From contig CAWFAD010000012.1 of NCBI GenBank assembly GCA_963813815.1, positions 58,142 through 122,141 of the forward strand: a DNA stretch of 64,000 nt, in the 5' to 3' direction. The translations under genes and the position numbers were made by a program. The notes beneath the pieces were generated by a model. That model saw only the letters and a program-made list of their open reading frames with translations, searched no databases and was not told where the DNA came from. Positions 38,133-46,656 of this stretch are shown here, one piece after another (within the stretch, counting starts at the first letter, position 1; the number at the start of each line of letters is the position of its first letter). The stretch comes from an uncultured bacterium (lineage in GTDB: Bacteria > Krumholzibacteriota > Krumholzibacteriia > Krumholzibacteriales > Krumholzibacteriaceae).

Positions 38133-38341
38133 TTCCGATCAGGTTCTATGCAAGCGCTTGAAAAGCGATTTATCCCGTGAAAGGTACGGTCTGAAATTGG
38201 AACGAATATATACCACCCCTCGTTTCAATGGCAAGCCTTTTTGGGCCTATAGCAGACTTTTTTCAGGATACTGGAAGGGATTCGGGCGTCTTTTTCGGCC
38301 ATTTCCTTGACGTAAGAGGCGTTCTTTCATATTATTCACGC

Positions 38342-38560
38342 ATGCATTCGATCAAGTTGCGCACGGAATGGTGCAAGGCGTGCAAGATCTGCATCCAGAT
38401 CTGCCCGCGCCAGGTCTACGTACAGGGGAAGGACCTCAACGCAAAAGGATACAAGGTCACGAAGGTCGAGAAGCTCGAGGAGTGCACGGGATGCAAGCTC
38501 TGCGAGCTCATGTGCCCCGATCTCGTGATCACCGTCGAAGATGCCGAAAAAAACGGATAA
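38342..38560 (+). CDS. 2-oxoacid:ferredoxin oxidoreductase delta subunit (cluster 3)
   Basis: From the internal Met MHSIKLRTEWCKACKICIQICP ... CTGCKLCELMCP, 72 aa. It is divergent from cluster 2 across a roughly 210 bp shared intergenic region. Confidence 0.75.
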   Translation: MHSIKLRTEWCKACKICIQICPRQVYVQGKDLNAKGYKVTKVEKLEECTGCKLCELMCPDLVITVEDAEKNG

Positions 38561-39674
38561 GGCGCTCATGGCGCCCAAGAAATACTTCATGCAGGGAAAC
38601 CTCGCCTGCGCCGAGGGAGCGCTCGCGGCTGGGTGCCGATTCTACGCGGGATACCCCATCACTCCCTCTTCCGAGATCATGGAGCACCTCGCGCGGCGGA
38701 TGACCGAGGTCGGGGGAACGTTCGCGCAGATGGAGGACGAGATCGCCTCGATTTGCGCCGTCATCGGCTCCTCGTGGGGGGGCGTGAAATCGATGACCGC
38801 CACCTCGGGCCCCGGCCTTTCCCTCATGATCGAGGGGCTCGGGTACGCCTTCATGACGGAGACGCCATGCGTCATCATCAACGTGCAGCGGCAGGGCCCC
38901 GCCACGGGGAAGGCGACGAGGCCCGGCCAGGGAGACATCATGCAGGCGCGCTGGGGAGCTCACGGCGACCATCGCGTCATCGCCCTTTCTCCGTGGTCGT
39001 GCCAGGAGATGTACGATCTCACGATCGAGTCCTTCAATCTCTCCGAGCGCTACCGGGTCCCGGTCATACTCCTCGCCGACGAGATCGTCGGACACATCAA
39101 GGAGAGCTTCACCGTCCGCCCCGAGGTCGAGACGTTCGATCGCAACCGCGAGGGGGGCAAGGCGCCGTTCGGAGCCGAGCTCGTCCCCCCGATGCCGGCG
39201 TTCGGCGACGGACAGGCGCTCCTCGTGACCGGCTCGACGCATAACGATTGGGGAGTCCGCAAGGTGTCCGATCCCGACGTGCAGGAGAAACTCACGAAGC
39301 GCATCTGCGACAAGATAGACCTCAACCGGCACGAGATCGTGAAGGTCGACCGGCATTTCACCGAGGATTGCGACACGCTGCTCATCGCCTTCGGCATCAC
39401 GGCGCGCAGCGCCTACTACGCGGCGCGCGCGCTCCGGAGCGAGGGGCGCCGGGTCGGCCTGCTGCGCCCGATCAGCATCTGGCCGCTCCCCGAGGACGAG
39501 ATCAGGGCCGCCGCCGAAACGGCCTCCCGGGTGATCGTCTGCGAGATGAACCAGGGACAGCTCGTTCACGAGGTCGAACGGCTCCTCTGCGGAAAGGAGA
39601 TCGCGGGGCTTTTCAAGAGCCGCGGCGAACCGATCTACCCTCAGGAGATCATCGCAAAGGTGGTGGCGCAGTGA
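38541..39674 (+). CDS. 2-oxoacid:ferredoxin oxidoreductase alpha subunit (cluster 3, intact)
   Basis: The 377 aa protein reads MPKKTDKALMAPKKYFMQGNLACAEGALAAGCRFYAGYPITPSSEI ... INVQRQGPATG. Its stop overlaps the beta start. Confidence 0.85.
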   Translation: MPKKTDKALMAPKKYFMQGNLACAEGALAAGCRFYAGYPITPSSEIMEHLARRMTEVGGTFAQMEDEIASICAVIGSSWGGVKSMTATSGPGLSLMIEGLGYAFMTETPCVIINVQRQGPATGKATRPGQGDIMQARWGAHGDHRVIALSPWSCQEMYDLTIESFNLSERYRVPVILLADEIVGHIKESFTVRPEVETFDRNREGGKAPFGAELVPPMPAFGDGQALLVTGSTHNDWGVRKVSDPDVQEKLTKRICDKIDLNRHEIVKVDRHFTEDCDTLLIAFGITARSAYYAARALRSEGRRVGLLRPISIWPLPEDEIRAAAETASRVIVCEMNQGQLVHEVERLLCGKEIAGLFKSRGEPIYPQEIIAKVVAQ

Positions 39675-40429
39675 GCTCGCATCTCTACCGGTATCTGCGC
39701 GAAGAGGTCTTTCCGACGCCGTTCTGCCCCGGGTGCGGGCACGGCATTCTGCTCGGCGCCGTGACGCGCGCCATCGACGAGCTCGGGCTCGACATGAAGA
39801 GAATAGTGTTCGTCTCGGGCATCGGGTGCGCGGCATGGATCCCCTCTCCCCATTTCAAGGCGGACACGCTCCACACCCTCCACGGACGGGCGGTCGCCTT
39901 CGCGAACGGGCTCAAGCGCTCCCGCCCCGATCTCAAGGTCATCGTGATCTCCGGCGACGGGGATCTCGCCGCGATCGGCGGAAATCATCTGATTCACGCG
40001 GCGCGCCGGAACGTTCCGCTCACCGTCATCTGCGCCAACAACAGCATCTACGGAATGACCGGCGGGCAGCAGTCTCCGACCACGCCGTACGGCGCCTTCA
40101 GCGAGACGACCCCCAAGGGAAATCCCGAGAAACCGTTCGATCTGTGCCGTCTCATGAAGGCCTGCGATGCGCCGTTCGTGGCCCGTCAGACGGTGTATCA
40201 CGTACGGCCGCTCATCAAGATCATCAAGAAGGCGCTCACGACGGAGGGATTCGCGTTCGTCGACGTCGTGTCCCCGTGCCCGACGCAGTTCGGGCGCAAG
40301 AACAAGCTCGCGGGCGGCTACGAGATGCTCATGGATCTCAAGGAGCGCGCGATTCAATACGAGAAGGCGAAGGCGCTTCCCAAAGAGGAGCTTCAACAGA
40401 GGATCGTAACCGGTGAATTCAACGATTGA
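39671..40429 (+). CDS. 2-oxoacid:ferredoxin oxidoreductase beta subunit (cluster 3)
   Basis: From a GTG start, the 252 aa protein reads SSHLYRYLREEVFPTPFCPGCGHGIL ... GDGDLAAIGGNH ... MTGGQQSPTTP. Confidence 0.85.
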   Translation: MSSHLYRYLREEVFPTPFCPGCGHGILLGAVTRAIDELGLDMKRIVFVSGIGCAAWIPSPHFKADTLHTLHGRAVAFANGLKRSRPDLKVIVISGDGDLAAIGGNHLIHAARRNVPLTVICANNSIYGMTGGQQSPTTPYGAFSETTPKGNPEKPFDLCRLMKACDAPFVARQTVYHVRPLIKIIKKALTTEGFAFVDVVSPCPTQFGRKNKLAGGYEMLMDLKERAIQYEKAKALPKEELQQRIVTGEFND

Positions 40430-40970
40430 AATCAAGCTGACCGGCAAGGGCGGCCAGGGAGTCGTCTCCGCCGGCGAGATTCTCGCGTACGCGGCCGTTC
40501 TCGACGGCAAGGAAGCGAGCGCGGTGGCGGCCTACGGCTCCGAGGCCCGCGGCGGCGCCGTGAGCTCGGACGTCGTCATCGGCGATACCGAGGTCCCCGC
40601 CCCCTTCGTCATCAAACCGACGTACGTGCTGGCGATGTCGAAGGAAGGATACGCCGCGGCAGCCAAAATCCTCGCCGCCGATACGAAGGTCATCTACGAC
40701 GCGACGACCATCAAGGACGCCCCGCGCGACGCGAACCACTTCCCCGTTCCCGCCGCCGAAATCGCCGCGAAGGTCGGCAACCCCGTCACGATCAACATGG
40801 TGCTCCTCGGCGCCTTCGCGGCGATCACCGCCGTGGTGAAGCGCGAAAGCATCGAAACGGTCGTGAAGGAGAAAATGAAGCCCGAAGCGGCCGCGCTCAA
40901 CGTCAAGGCGCTCGCGGAGGGGTATGAAACGGGAAAGGGGCTTCTCGAGAAGCCCCCCGCCTCGAATTGA
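40413..40970 (+). CDS. 2-oxoacid:ferredoxin oxidoreductase gamma subunit (cluster 3)
   Basis: From a GTG start, the 185 aa protein reads NSTIEIKLTGKGGQGVVSAGEILAYAAV. It overlaps the beta gene end. Confidence 0.8.
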   Translation: MNSTIEIKLTGKGGQGVVSAGEILAYAAVLDGKEASAVAAYGSEARGGAVSSDVVIGDTEVPAPFVIKPTYVLAMSKEGYAAAAKILAADTKVIYDATTIKDAPRDANHFPVPAAEIAAKVGNPVTINMVLLGAFAAITAVVKRESIETVVKEKMKPEAAALNVKALAEGYETGKGLLEKPPASN

Positions 40971-41006
40971 TCTATCGAATCCGCGCCCGGAATCAATGCA
41001 AATTTC

Positions 41007-41085
41007 TGGAGCTGGCGATCGGAATTGAACCGATGACCTGCGCATTACGAGTGCGCTGCTCTACCAGCTGAGCTACGCCAGCTCC
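41007..41085 (-). tRNA. tRNA-Thr (anticodon CGU)
   Basis: The minus-strand sequence is GGAGCTGGCGTAGCTCAGCTGGTAGAGCAGCGCACTCGTAATGCGCAGGTCATCGGTTCAATTCCGATCGCCAGCTCCA. The acceptor stem is GGAGCTG/CAGCTCC, the anticodon stem-loop is GCGCA-CTCGTAA-TGCGC, and the T-loop is GGTTCAATTCC. Ends are approximate to +/-2 nt. Confidence 0.75.
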
Positions 41086-41120
41086 GTAACGTATCAATAT
41101 AGAGGGCAATCCGAACGTTT

Positions 41121-42530
41121 TCAAGCACTATTTCTCGCGAACCGCCCCTTCAGCGGAAAAGAGGGGAGCGAGCGCTCGACGTCGTCGGCGGCGTAGAGGA
41201 GAGCGGTTCCCTTGACGATGAGATCGTATTTCGAACGAACGACCGAATACGAGCTCTGAACGTAGACGGCCCGGGCCTGCAGAAGCTCGAGCAGCGTCGA
41301 GAGACCGAGCCGGTATCGCTCCTCGTAGTTCAGAAGCGCCTGTTCCGCATAGACGAGCTGGGCCTTGGACACATCGGTCGTTTTCCGCGCCGTCTCGTAG
41401 TCGGCGAGCGCCTGCGCCGCCTCGATGCGGGCGCGCAGCTCCAGCGCTTCGAGGCCGATCTCTGAGCGCCGCAGACCGATCTTCGCCTGCGATACGCTGT
41501 TCCTCGTCTGAAAGCGATCGAAGAGGGGGAAACTCGCCGAGATCCCGATCGAGGCGTTGAGGTTCCGGTCGAGCTGATCGGCGTAATCCCCAGGCGTACC
41601 AGAAGGATCGCGGTAGCTCGTTCCGACGCTCGCCGAGAGGCTCAAGCTCGGCCAGTACCCGGCGCGGCTCACGGCGATCTGCCGCTCGCTCGACTCCTTC
41701 ACCTTGCGCTGGGCGGCGATATCGGGACGCTTCGAGAGCCCCCCCTCGACGGCGACGCCGGCGAGGAGGCTGTCGAGACCGGTCATGAGCGCTTCCGCGT
41801 CGGGTTCCACGACGGTGCATCCGCCCGCCGGATTGCTCCCCATCGCTTGGAGCAGCTGCAGCTTGCTGATCTCGAGGCTTCGCCGGGCCTCGAGGAGAGC
41901 GGCCTCGGCGTCGGCCACGGCCGCCTGCTGCTGGTAGAGATCAGCCGCCGGGCGCTTGCCCGCGGCGACGAAGGCGTCGATATGCTCGAGCGAGCGGCGC
42001 TGGGAGGTCAGGTTCGCCTCGTTCACGGCGAGTATCTCCTTGTCGAGCACGGCCTGCATGAAGCGGACGACGGCGTCGTACAGCACCGATTGCCGCGTCC
42101 GGACGTAGCCGAGCTCCTCGGCCTCGAGATCGAGCTTCGCCTGTCTGCGAGAGTTGACCCTGCTCATGCCGGTGAAGAGGTCGAGGCTCGATGACACCCC
42201 GAGGCTCATCGAACGCGACGTCGCGCCCTCGTACCCTTCGAGGAGCGAATCGTACTCCTTCGCCCAGGATTGGGACGCGTGGGCGGAAAAACCGGCCGAC
42301 GGGAGAAAGTCATACGCGCTTCTCCGGAGCGCTATTCGGCTCGCCTCCGGGAGCGTGGCGGCCTGCCGGAGATCGAGATTCGCCCGGAGGGCTTCCGCCA
42401 CGGCGTCGCCGAGCGTGACGGCGCGCTCCCCGGCGGCGGCTCCCGCGAACCCGAAGCAGAGAACCGCGGCCGCGGCCGAAACGCGCCGGGCCGCCCCGTG
42501 CCTGAACGATGTCGAGAAAAGACGAGCCAT
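41121..42530 (-). CDS. TolC-family outer membrane efflux protein
   Basis: The 469 aa protein has a signal peptide and two repeated coiled-coil/beta-barrel halves with the typical TolC/OMF periodicity (AEALRANLDLRQA ..., LELLQARAVYVQSSY). Confidence 0.75.
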   Translation of the reverse strand: MARLFSTSFRHGAARRVSAAAAVLCFGFAGAAAGERAVTLGDAVAEALRANLDLRQAATLPEASRIALRRSAYDFLPSAGFSAHASQSWAKEYDSLLEGYEGATSRSMSLGVSSSLDLFTGMSRVNSRRQAKLDLEAEELGYVRTRQSVLYDAVVRFMQAVLDKEILAVNEANLTSQRRSLEHIDAFVAAGKRPAADLYQQQAAVADAEAALLEARRSLEISKLQLLQAMGSNPAGGCTVVEPDAEALMTGLDSLLAGVAVEGGLSKRPDIAAQRKVKESSERQIAVSRAGYWPSLSLSASVGTSYRDPSGTPGDYADQLDRNLNASIGISASFPLFDRFQTRNSVSQAKIGLRRSEIGLEALELRARIEAAQALADYETARKTTDVSKAQLVYAEQALLNYEERYRLGLSTLLELLQARAVYVQSSYSVVRSKYDLIVKGTALLYAADDVERSLPSFPLKGRFARNSA

Positions 42531-42581
42531 ACACACTCCCGTTCCTTCGAAAATCCCCGCGAGTCGCCCGGATCGTTCCGG

Positions 42582-42989
42582 TCAGTTTTTCCGCTTCCGC
42601 CGCTCGAACCGCTCCCGCATCTCAACGATGTTTTCGTCGTAGCGCTCGCGCTGCTCCGGCGTGAGTATCGTTCTGATGCGCGCCTCCATTTCATCGGCCA
42701 TCGACCGCACTTCGTCCCGGGAGACGCGGTCGAACTGCTCGAAGCGCGGCCCGAACTCCTTCACGATTGCGTCGAGCTGCGTGCGCTGGTCCGCGTCGAG
42801 GTCCAGATTGCCCGTGAGCCGCCCGGCGACCATTTCATGGATGGGCGGGCGATCGTGTCTCATGATGTGAATCACGTGATTGCGGATCAGCACCGCCGTC
42901 ACGAGCCCCCCGACGATGATGCCGGCGGCGAAAACGGCGACCACCGCGGTCCAGGCCTTTCTGCCGCCCTTCGTAATGCCATCGCTCAT
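42582..42989 (-). CDS. Periplasmic LTXXQ-motif protein (Spy/CpxP/ZraP-like envelope stress protein)
   Basis: From the internal Met MSDGITKGG the 135 aa protein has a TM/signal segment and an LTPEQRERY motif. It is downstream of the ECF sigma/anti-sigma pair. Confidence 0.55.
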   Translation of the reverse strand: MSDGITKGGRKAWTAVVAVFAAGIIVGGLVTAVLIRNHVIHIMRHDRPPIHEMVAGRLTGNLDLDADQRTQLDAIVKEFGPRFEQFDRVSRDEVRSMADEMEARIRTILTPEQRERYDENIVEMRERFERRKRKN

Positions 42990-43012
42990 ACCAATCCCTC
43001 CCGGTGACGGGC

Positions 43013-43318
43013 TCACATCAGAAAGCCGACCGGATCCTCGAGAAACCGCATCGCGAGATCCCCGTAGTCGACGAACCCTTGGTTCAAAGCGTAGATTAGA
43101 AGCGCGATCGCCGCGCACGCCGCGATCGCCGACAAGCGCCACGCGAACCGCGCCACGAACGCTTCCTGCGTCGCGCCGCTCATGGCGAGCGAGCGCCCGC
43201 GAACGTCCGTCATGACGGCGGCGCGCCATTGCCCGCCGGGCGTGATCCGTCCGCGCCCTCGCCGCTCGGCGAAGAGCGTTCTCTCGAGCGCCTCGAGCGA
43301 TTCCTTCCTCGGTTTCAT
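43013..43318 (-). CDS. Putative anti-sigma factor (single-pass membrane protein)
   Basis: From the internal Met MKPRKESLEALERTLF it has a TM helix WRLSAIAACAAIALLIYAL. Its start overlaps the ECF sigma factor stop as ATGA. The call is positional. Confidence 0.4.
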   Translation of the reverse strand: MKPRKESLEALERTLFAERRGRGRITPGGQWRAAVMTDVRGRSLAMSGATQEAFVARFAWRLSAIAACAAIALLIYALNQGFVDYGDLAMRFLEDPVGFLM

Positions 43319-43920
43319 GGGCGTCCTTTCCGGTCCTCGAGCATTTCCTCGAGAATTCCGCGAAGCTTTCGCCGCGCGCGCAACGCGCGCACCTTGACGT
43401 TCCCCGCGCTCCATCCGAGCACGGCGGCGGCCTCCTTCACAGGCCGCTCCTCTATATGAACGATTTCAATCACCATTCGGTCCTCCGGAGAGAGCCGGGA
43501 AAGCGCCCGATCGAGCAGCTCCCGCGCGTGCCGCGCGGATTCCGCCCGGTCGAGGAGCGCCATCGAGCGCTCGGAGGCGGCCACGTCCATCCAGCGGCGC
43601 TCCTCGTCGCCGAGCGCGCTCTCTTCCCGGTCGCGCCGCCGGTAACGCTCCCGCCAGTAGTCGTAGCATGCCCTCGTGGCGATCCGTGACAGCCATCCGG
43701 CGAAATTCCCCCTCCCCCGATACGACGAGAGAGATAGATAAGCTCGGACGAACGCCTCGTGGGCGACCTCCTCGACGTCCTCCCGCGGGACGTGCCGCGC
43801 CGCGATGGCGAACACCGCGTCCTCGTGCCGCTCGACGAGCAGCTCGAATGCGTCGACGTCGCCGCCCGCGACGAGCTCGATGATCTCGGCGTCGCTCCGG
43901 ACGAGGGACTCCTTTTTCAT
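43315..43920 (-). CDS. ECF (sigma-70 family, group 4) RNA polymerase sigma factor
   Basis: From the internal Met MKKESLVRSDAEIIELVAGGDVDAFELLVERHEDAVFAIAARHV region 2 is present. Region 4 reads ERPVKEAAAVLGWSAGNVKVRALRARRKLR. Confidence 0.8.
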   Translation of the reverse strand: MKKESLVRSDAEIIELVAGGDVDAFELLVERHEDAVFAIAARHVPREDVEEVAHEAFVRAYLSLSSYRGRGNFAGWLSRIATRACYDYWRERYRRRDREESALGDEERRWMDVAASERSMALLDRAESARHARELLDRALSRLSPEDRMVIEIVHIEERPVKEAAAVLGWSAGNVKVRALRARRKLRGILEEMLEDRKGRP

Positions 43921-44120
43921 GCGCAGAACGTTACTCGCTGCCATCGCACCATGTCCACTCGTTACTGGCCTTCCACCGAACTCGTCGCTCCCGGGCGGAC
44001 TTTGGTTACAGCGTACCGGCCTTCCGAAGCCCGCGCGCGGCCGGGGAGTGTAACCGGGCCGCGGCTTCGGCCGACGATATGGCCGTACCCCGGCTTTTCC
44101 CCCGAAGGAGGAATACGGAC

Positions 44121-45020
44121 ATGAGAATGCACCGTGCGCTGGCGCTCCTCGCGGCCGCCGGCGCGCTCGCGGCGCTCGCCCCCTCGAGCGGAAGCGCGGA
44201 CCCCACCTATGAGAGCAATCGATGCGATCGCGCCATCACGATCGACGGAGAGGCGACCGAGTGGGCGGGCCGGGAAGCGCGCTACGACGAGGAGGACGGC
44301 TACAAGCTCGGCTTCTTCAACGACGAGGAATACCTCTACGTGTACTTCGCCACTTGGAATCTCTCGACGCAGCAGCGCGTGCTCACGAGCGGCCTCACCG
44401 TCTGGCTCGACGGCGGCGGCAAGAAGAAGAAAACCTTCGGAATCAACTATCCGCGCGGCCGCGACCGGGGTCCCGGGAGCGGATTCCCGGCGGCCGACGG
44501 CGCCGCTCCCGGCGAAATACCTCGCGAGGCGCGCGGCGAGGCGCCGCGCTCGATGCAACGCCCCGGAGCGAATCCGGATCCGGCGAAGCTCGCGGCCCTT
44601 CTCAACGAAACGCAGGCCGAGGCGCTGCTCAAGAGCCCGGCCGGCGATTCGGTCCTGCTCCTCTCTCCTGCCGACAGCTCCGCCGCGGGGCTTCGGGCGA
44701 TGCTCCGGGCGAGAAGCAGGCTCCTCGTCATAGAGCTTCGCGTGCCCCTCGATCCGGGCGCGGCTTCGCCCTACGCGCTTCATGCGGTTCCGGGACGAAC
44801 CATCAGCGTCGGATTCGAAACGGGCACGATGGAGAGACCGAAATTGACGCGCCCGCAGGGCATGCCGGAGGACGATCAAACGGGCGGAGGAATGCCTCCC
44901 GGCGGAGGCGGCAATGCCCCCGGGGGCGGCATGTTTCCCGGCGGAGGCGCGGGGGGTCCCGGGGGAATGGGCGCGCCCGAAGGGCTCAAGCTCTGGGTCA
45001 AGGTCAAGCTCGCTCCGTAG
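44121..45020 (+). CDS. Hypothetical secreted protein with a Gly/Pro-rich C-terminus
   Basis: From the internal Met MRMHRALALLAAAGALAALAPSSGSA there is a signal peptide. The C-terminus reads GGGMPPGGGGNAPGGGMFPGGGAGGPGGMGAP. No family was recognised. Confidence 0.4.
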   Translation: MRMHRALALLAAAGALAALAPSSGSADPTYESNRCDRAITIDGEATEWAGREARYDEEDGYKLGFFNDEEYLYVYFATWNLSTQQRVLTSGLTVWLDGGGKKKKTFGINYPRGRDRGPGSGFPAADGAAPGEIPREARGEAPRSMQRPGANPDPAKLAALLNETQAEALLKSPAGDSVLLLSPADSSAAGLRAMLRARSRLLVIELRVPLDPGAASPYALHAVPGRTISVGFETGTMERPKLTRPQGMPEDDQTGGGMPPGGGGNAPGGGMFPGGGAGGPGGMGAPEGLKLWVKVKLAP

Positions 45021-45492
45021 AGCTCCCGCCCACGAGCTTCTCGGGCACCTGCACGGCGACGAGCTCGCCGCGCGCACAGGGCTTGCCGCCGGCCCTCAGC
45101 GTGGCCGTGACGACGATCTTTCGCCCCTTGATCTCCTTGACCTTCGCGCGCACCTCGAGGAGCGTGTCGATCGGAGTGGGCTGAAGGTAGTCCACGTGAA
45201 GCGACGCGGTGACGAATCGCCGCGGGGGATCGGACCCCATCTCCCGCCCCTCGGCCCGATACGCCGCGGCCGACGCCGTTCCGGTGCAGTGGCAATCGAT
45301 GAGGGAAGCGATGAGCCCCCCGTACACGTAACCGGGGATCGACGTGTGGTACGGCTTCGGCTCGAAGACGCACACCGCCTCGTCCCCGTCCCAGTAGCTC
45401 TTGATGTGGAGGCCGTGCTCGTTCAGCCGTCCGCAGCCGTAACACTGCGCGAAATTGTCCGGATAATATTCCTGGAACGCCTTCGGCGTCAT
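45004..45492 (-). CDS. Hotdog-fold thioesterase (PaaI/YbgC-like)
   Basis: Internal Met MTPKAFQEYYPDNFAQCYGCGRLNEHGLHIKSYWDGDEAVCVFEPKPYHTSIPGYVYGGLIASLIDCH, 162 aa. It is the last gene of the long minus-strand operon. The upstream part of ORF 45004..46161 was rejected. Confidence 0.65.
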   Translation of the reverse strand: MTPKAFQEYYPDNFAQCYGCGRLNEHGLHIKSYWDGDEAVCVFEPKPYHTSIPGYVYGGLIASLIDCHCTGTASAAAYRAEGREMGSDPPRRFVTASLHVDYLQPTPIDTLLEVRAKVKEIKGRKIVVTATLRAGGKPCARGELVAVQVPEKLVGGSSTERA

Positions 45493-46656
45493 TTCAAGGC
45501 CTCCTTGCGTCCCGCGTAGAAGTCGCGGTAAAAGGATATCGAGCTCCAGACCTCTCGCGGGATAAGGGGCTCGCCGCGCAGAATGAAGTTCGCCATGTTG
45601 CGGCCGACGCCGGGGCCGAGCATGAAACCCTGCCCGCACATCCCGACCGCGAGATAGAGCCCATCCACTTCGCGCACCTTGTCGAGGATGATGATACCGT
45701 CGGGAGTCATGGGATAGAGGCCGCGCCAGGTGCGCCGGATGAGCATGTTCCGCAGCCGGGGTATGAGCTCGATCATGCGCCGCGCGAGCACGGGCATGAA
45801 CTCGGACGTGTTCTCCTTGTTCGTGCCCCAGATTGGAACGATCGGCGTATAGCAGAAGATGACCTGTCCCCGGTCGTTCTGGCCGAAGTAGAAGTTCTTG
45901 GTCTTGCCCTCGGGCCCCGGCCGGATATCGACGATGAGCGGGTCGAAGAACCGCTCCATCGGGGCCGAAATGCCCGCCTCGTGGCAGTCGGGCGTGACGG
46001 GGATCTCGACGCCCGCCATCGCGCCGACCTCCTTCGCGAACGATCCCGCCGCGTTCACGACGATGTTCGAGTGGTAGATCCCCGCGCGCGTTTTGACCGA
46101 GGCGATCCGGCCCCGCTTCACCGCGAGCCCCGTCACGGGCTCGTTGAAGCGGTACTCGCATCCGCCGCCCGCGCTCACCTTCCAGAGAGCGGCCGCGTAT
46201 TTCAGCGGCGATACCTGCCCGTCCCCGGGGAGAACGTGCCGCCGCGAAGATCCTTCTCGTTGATGCCCGGAACGAGCTTCTTGATGTCGTCGGGGCCGAG
46301 CCAGTCGATGTCGAGGCCGTGGCTCTTCTGGATGGAAAGGAGGCCCTTGAGGATGTTCTCTTCCGCCTCGCGGTACACCGGAAAACAGTATCCCCCCGGC
46401 ACCCATCCGAGATCGATCCCCGTGCGCTCCTGGAAGGTCGAGTAGAACTCGAGGCTCTGGAGACAGAGCGTTATCTTCGCCGGATCGGAATGGGTCGCCC
46501 GGACGCCGCCGATCGCCGCCTTGTTCTCCCCCTGTCCCACCGACGCGTTCGACTCGAGAACGAGAACCCGGAGCCGCTCGAGGGTGAGAAAGTGCGCGAT
46601 GGCGAGCCCCACGCTCCCGCGCCGATGACGATGGCGTCGTAGCTCGCGCCTTTCAT
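45489..46656 (-). pseudogene. FAD-dependent oxidoreductase (DAO family; sarcosine oxidase beta / HcnC / OoxB-like) with two frameshifts
   Basis: The N-terminus MKGASYDAIVIGAG is in the tail frame of ORF 46471..49896. The middle piece with the FAD site GSVGLAIAHFLTLERLRVLVLE is ORF 46202..46675. The C-terminal 300 aa (PGDGQVSPLKYAAALWKV ... GQGFMLGPGVGR) is ORF 45489..46406. One shift is in a CCCCGGGG homopolymer. The other shift lies between 46471 and 46675, inside the FAD-binding motif. Confidence 0.65.
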
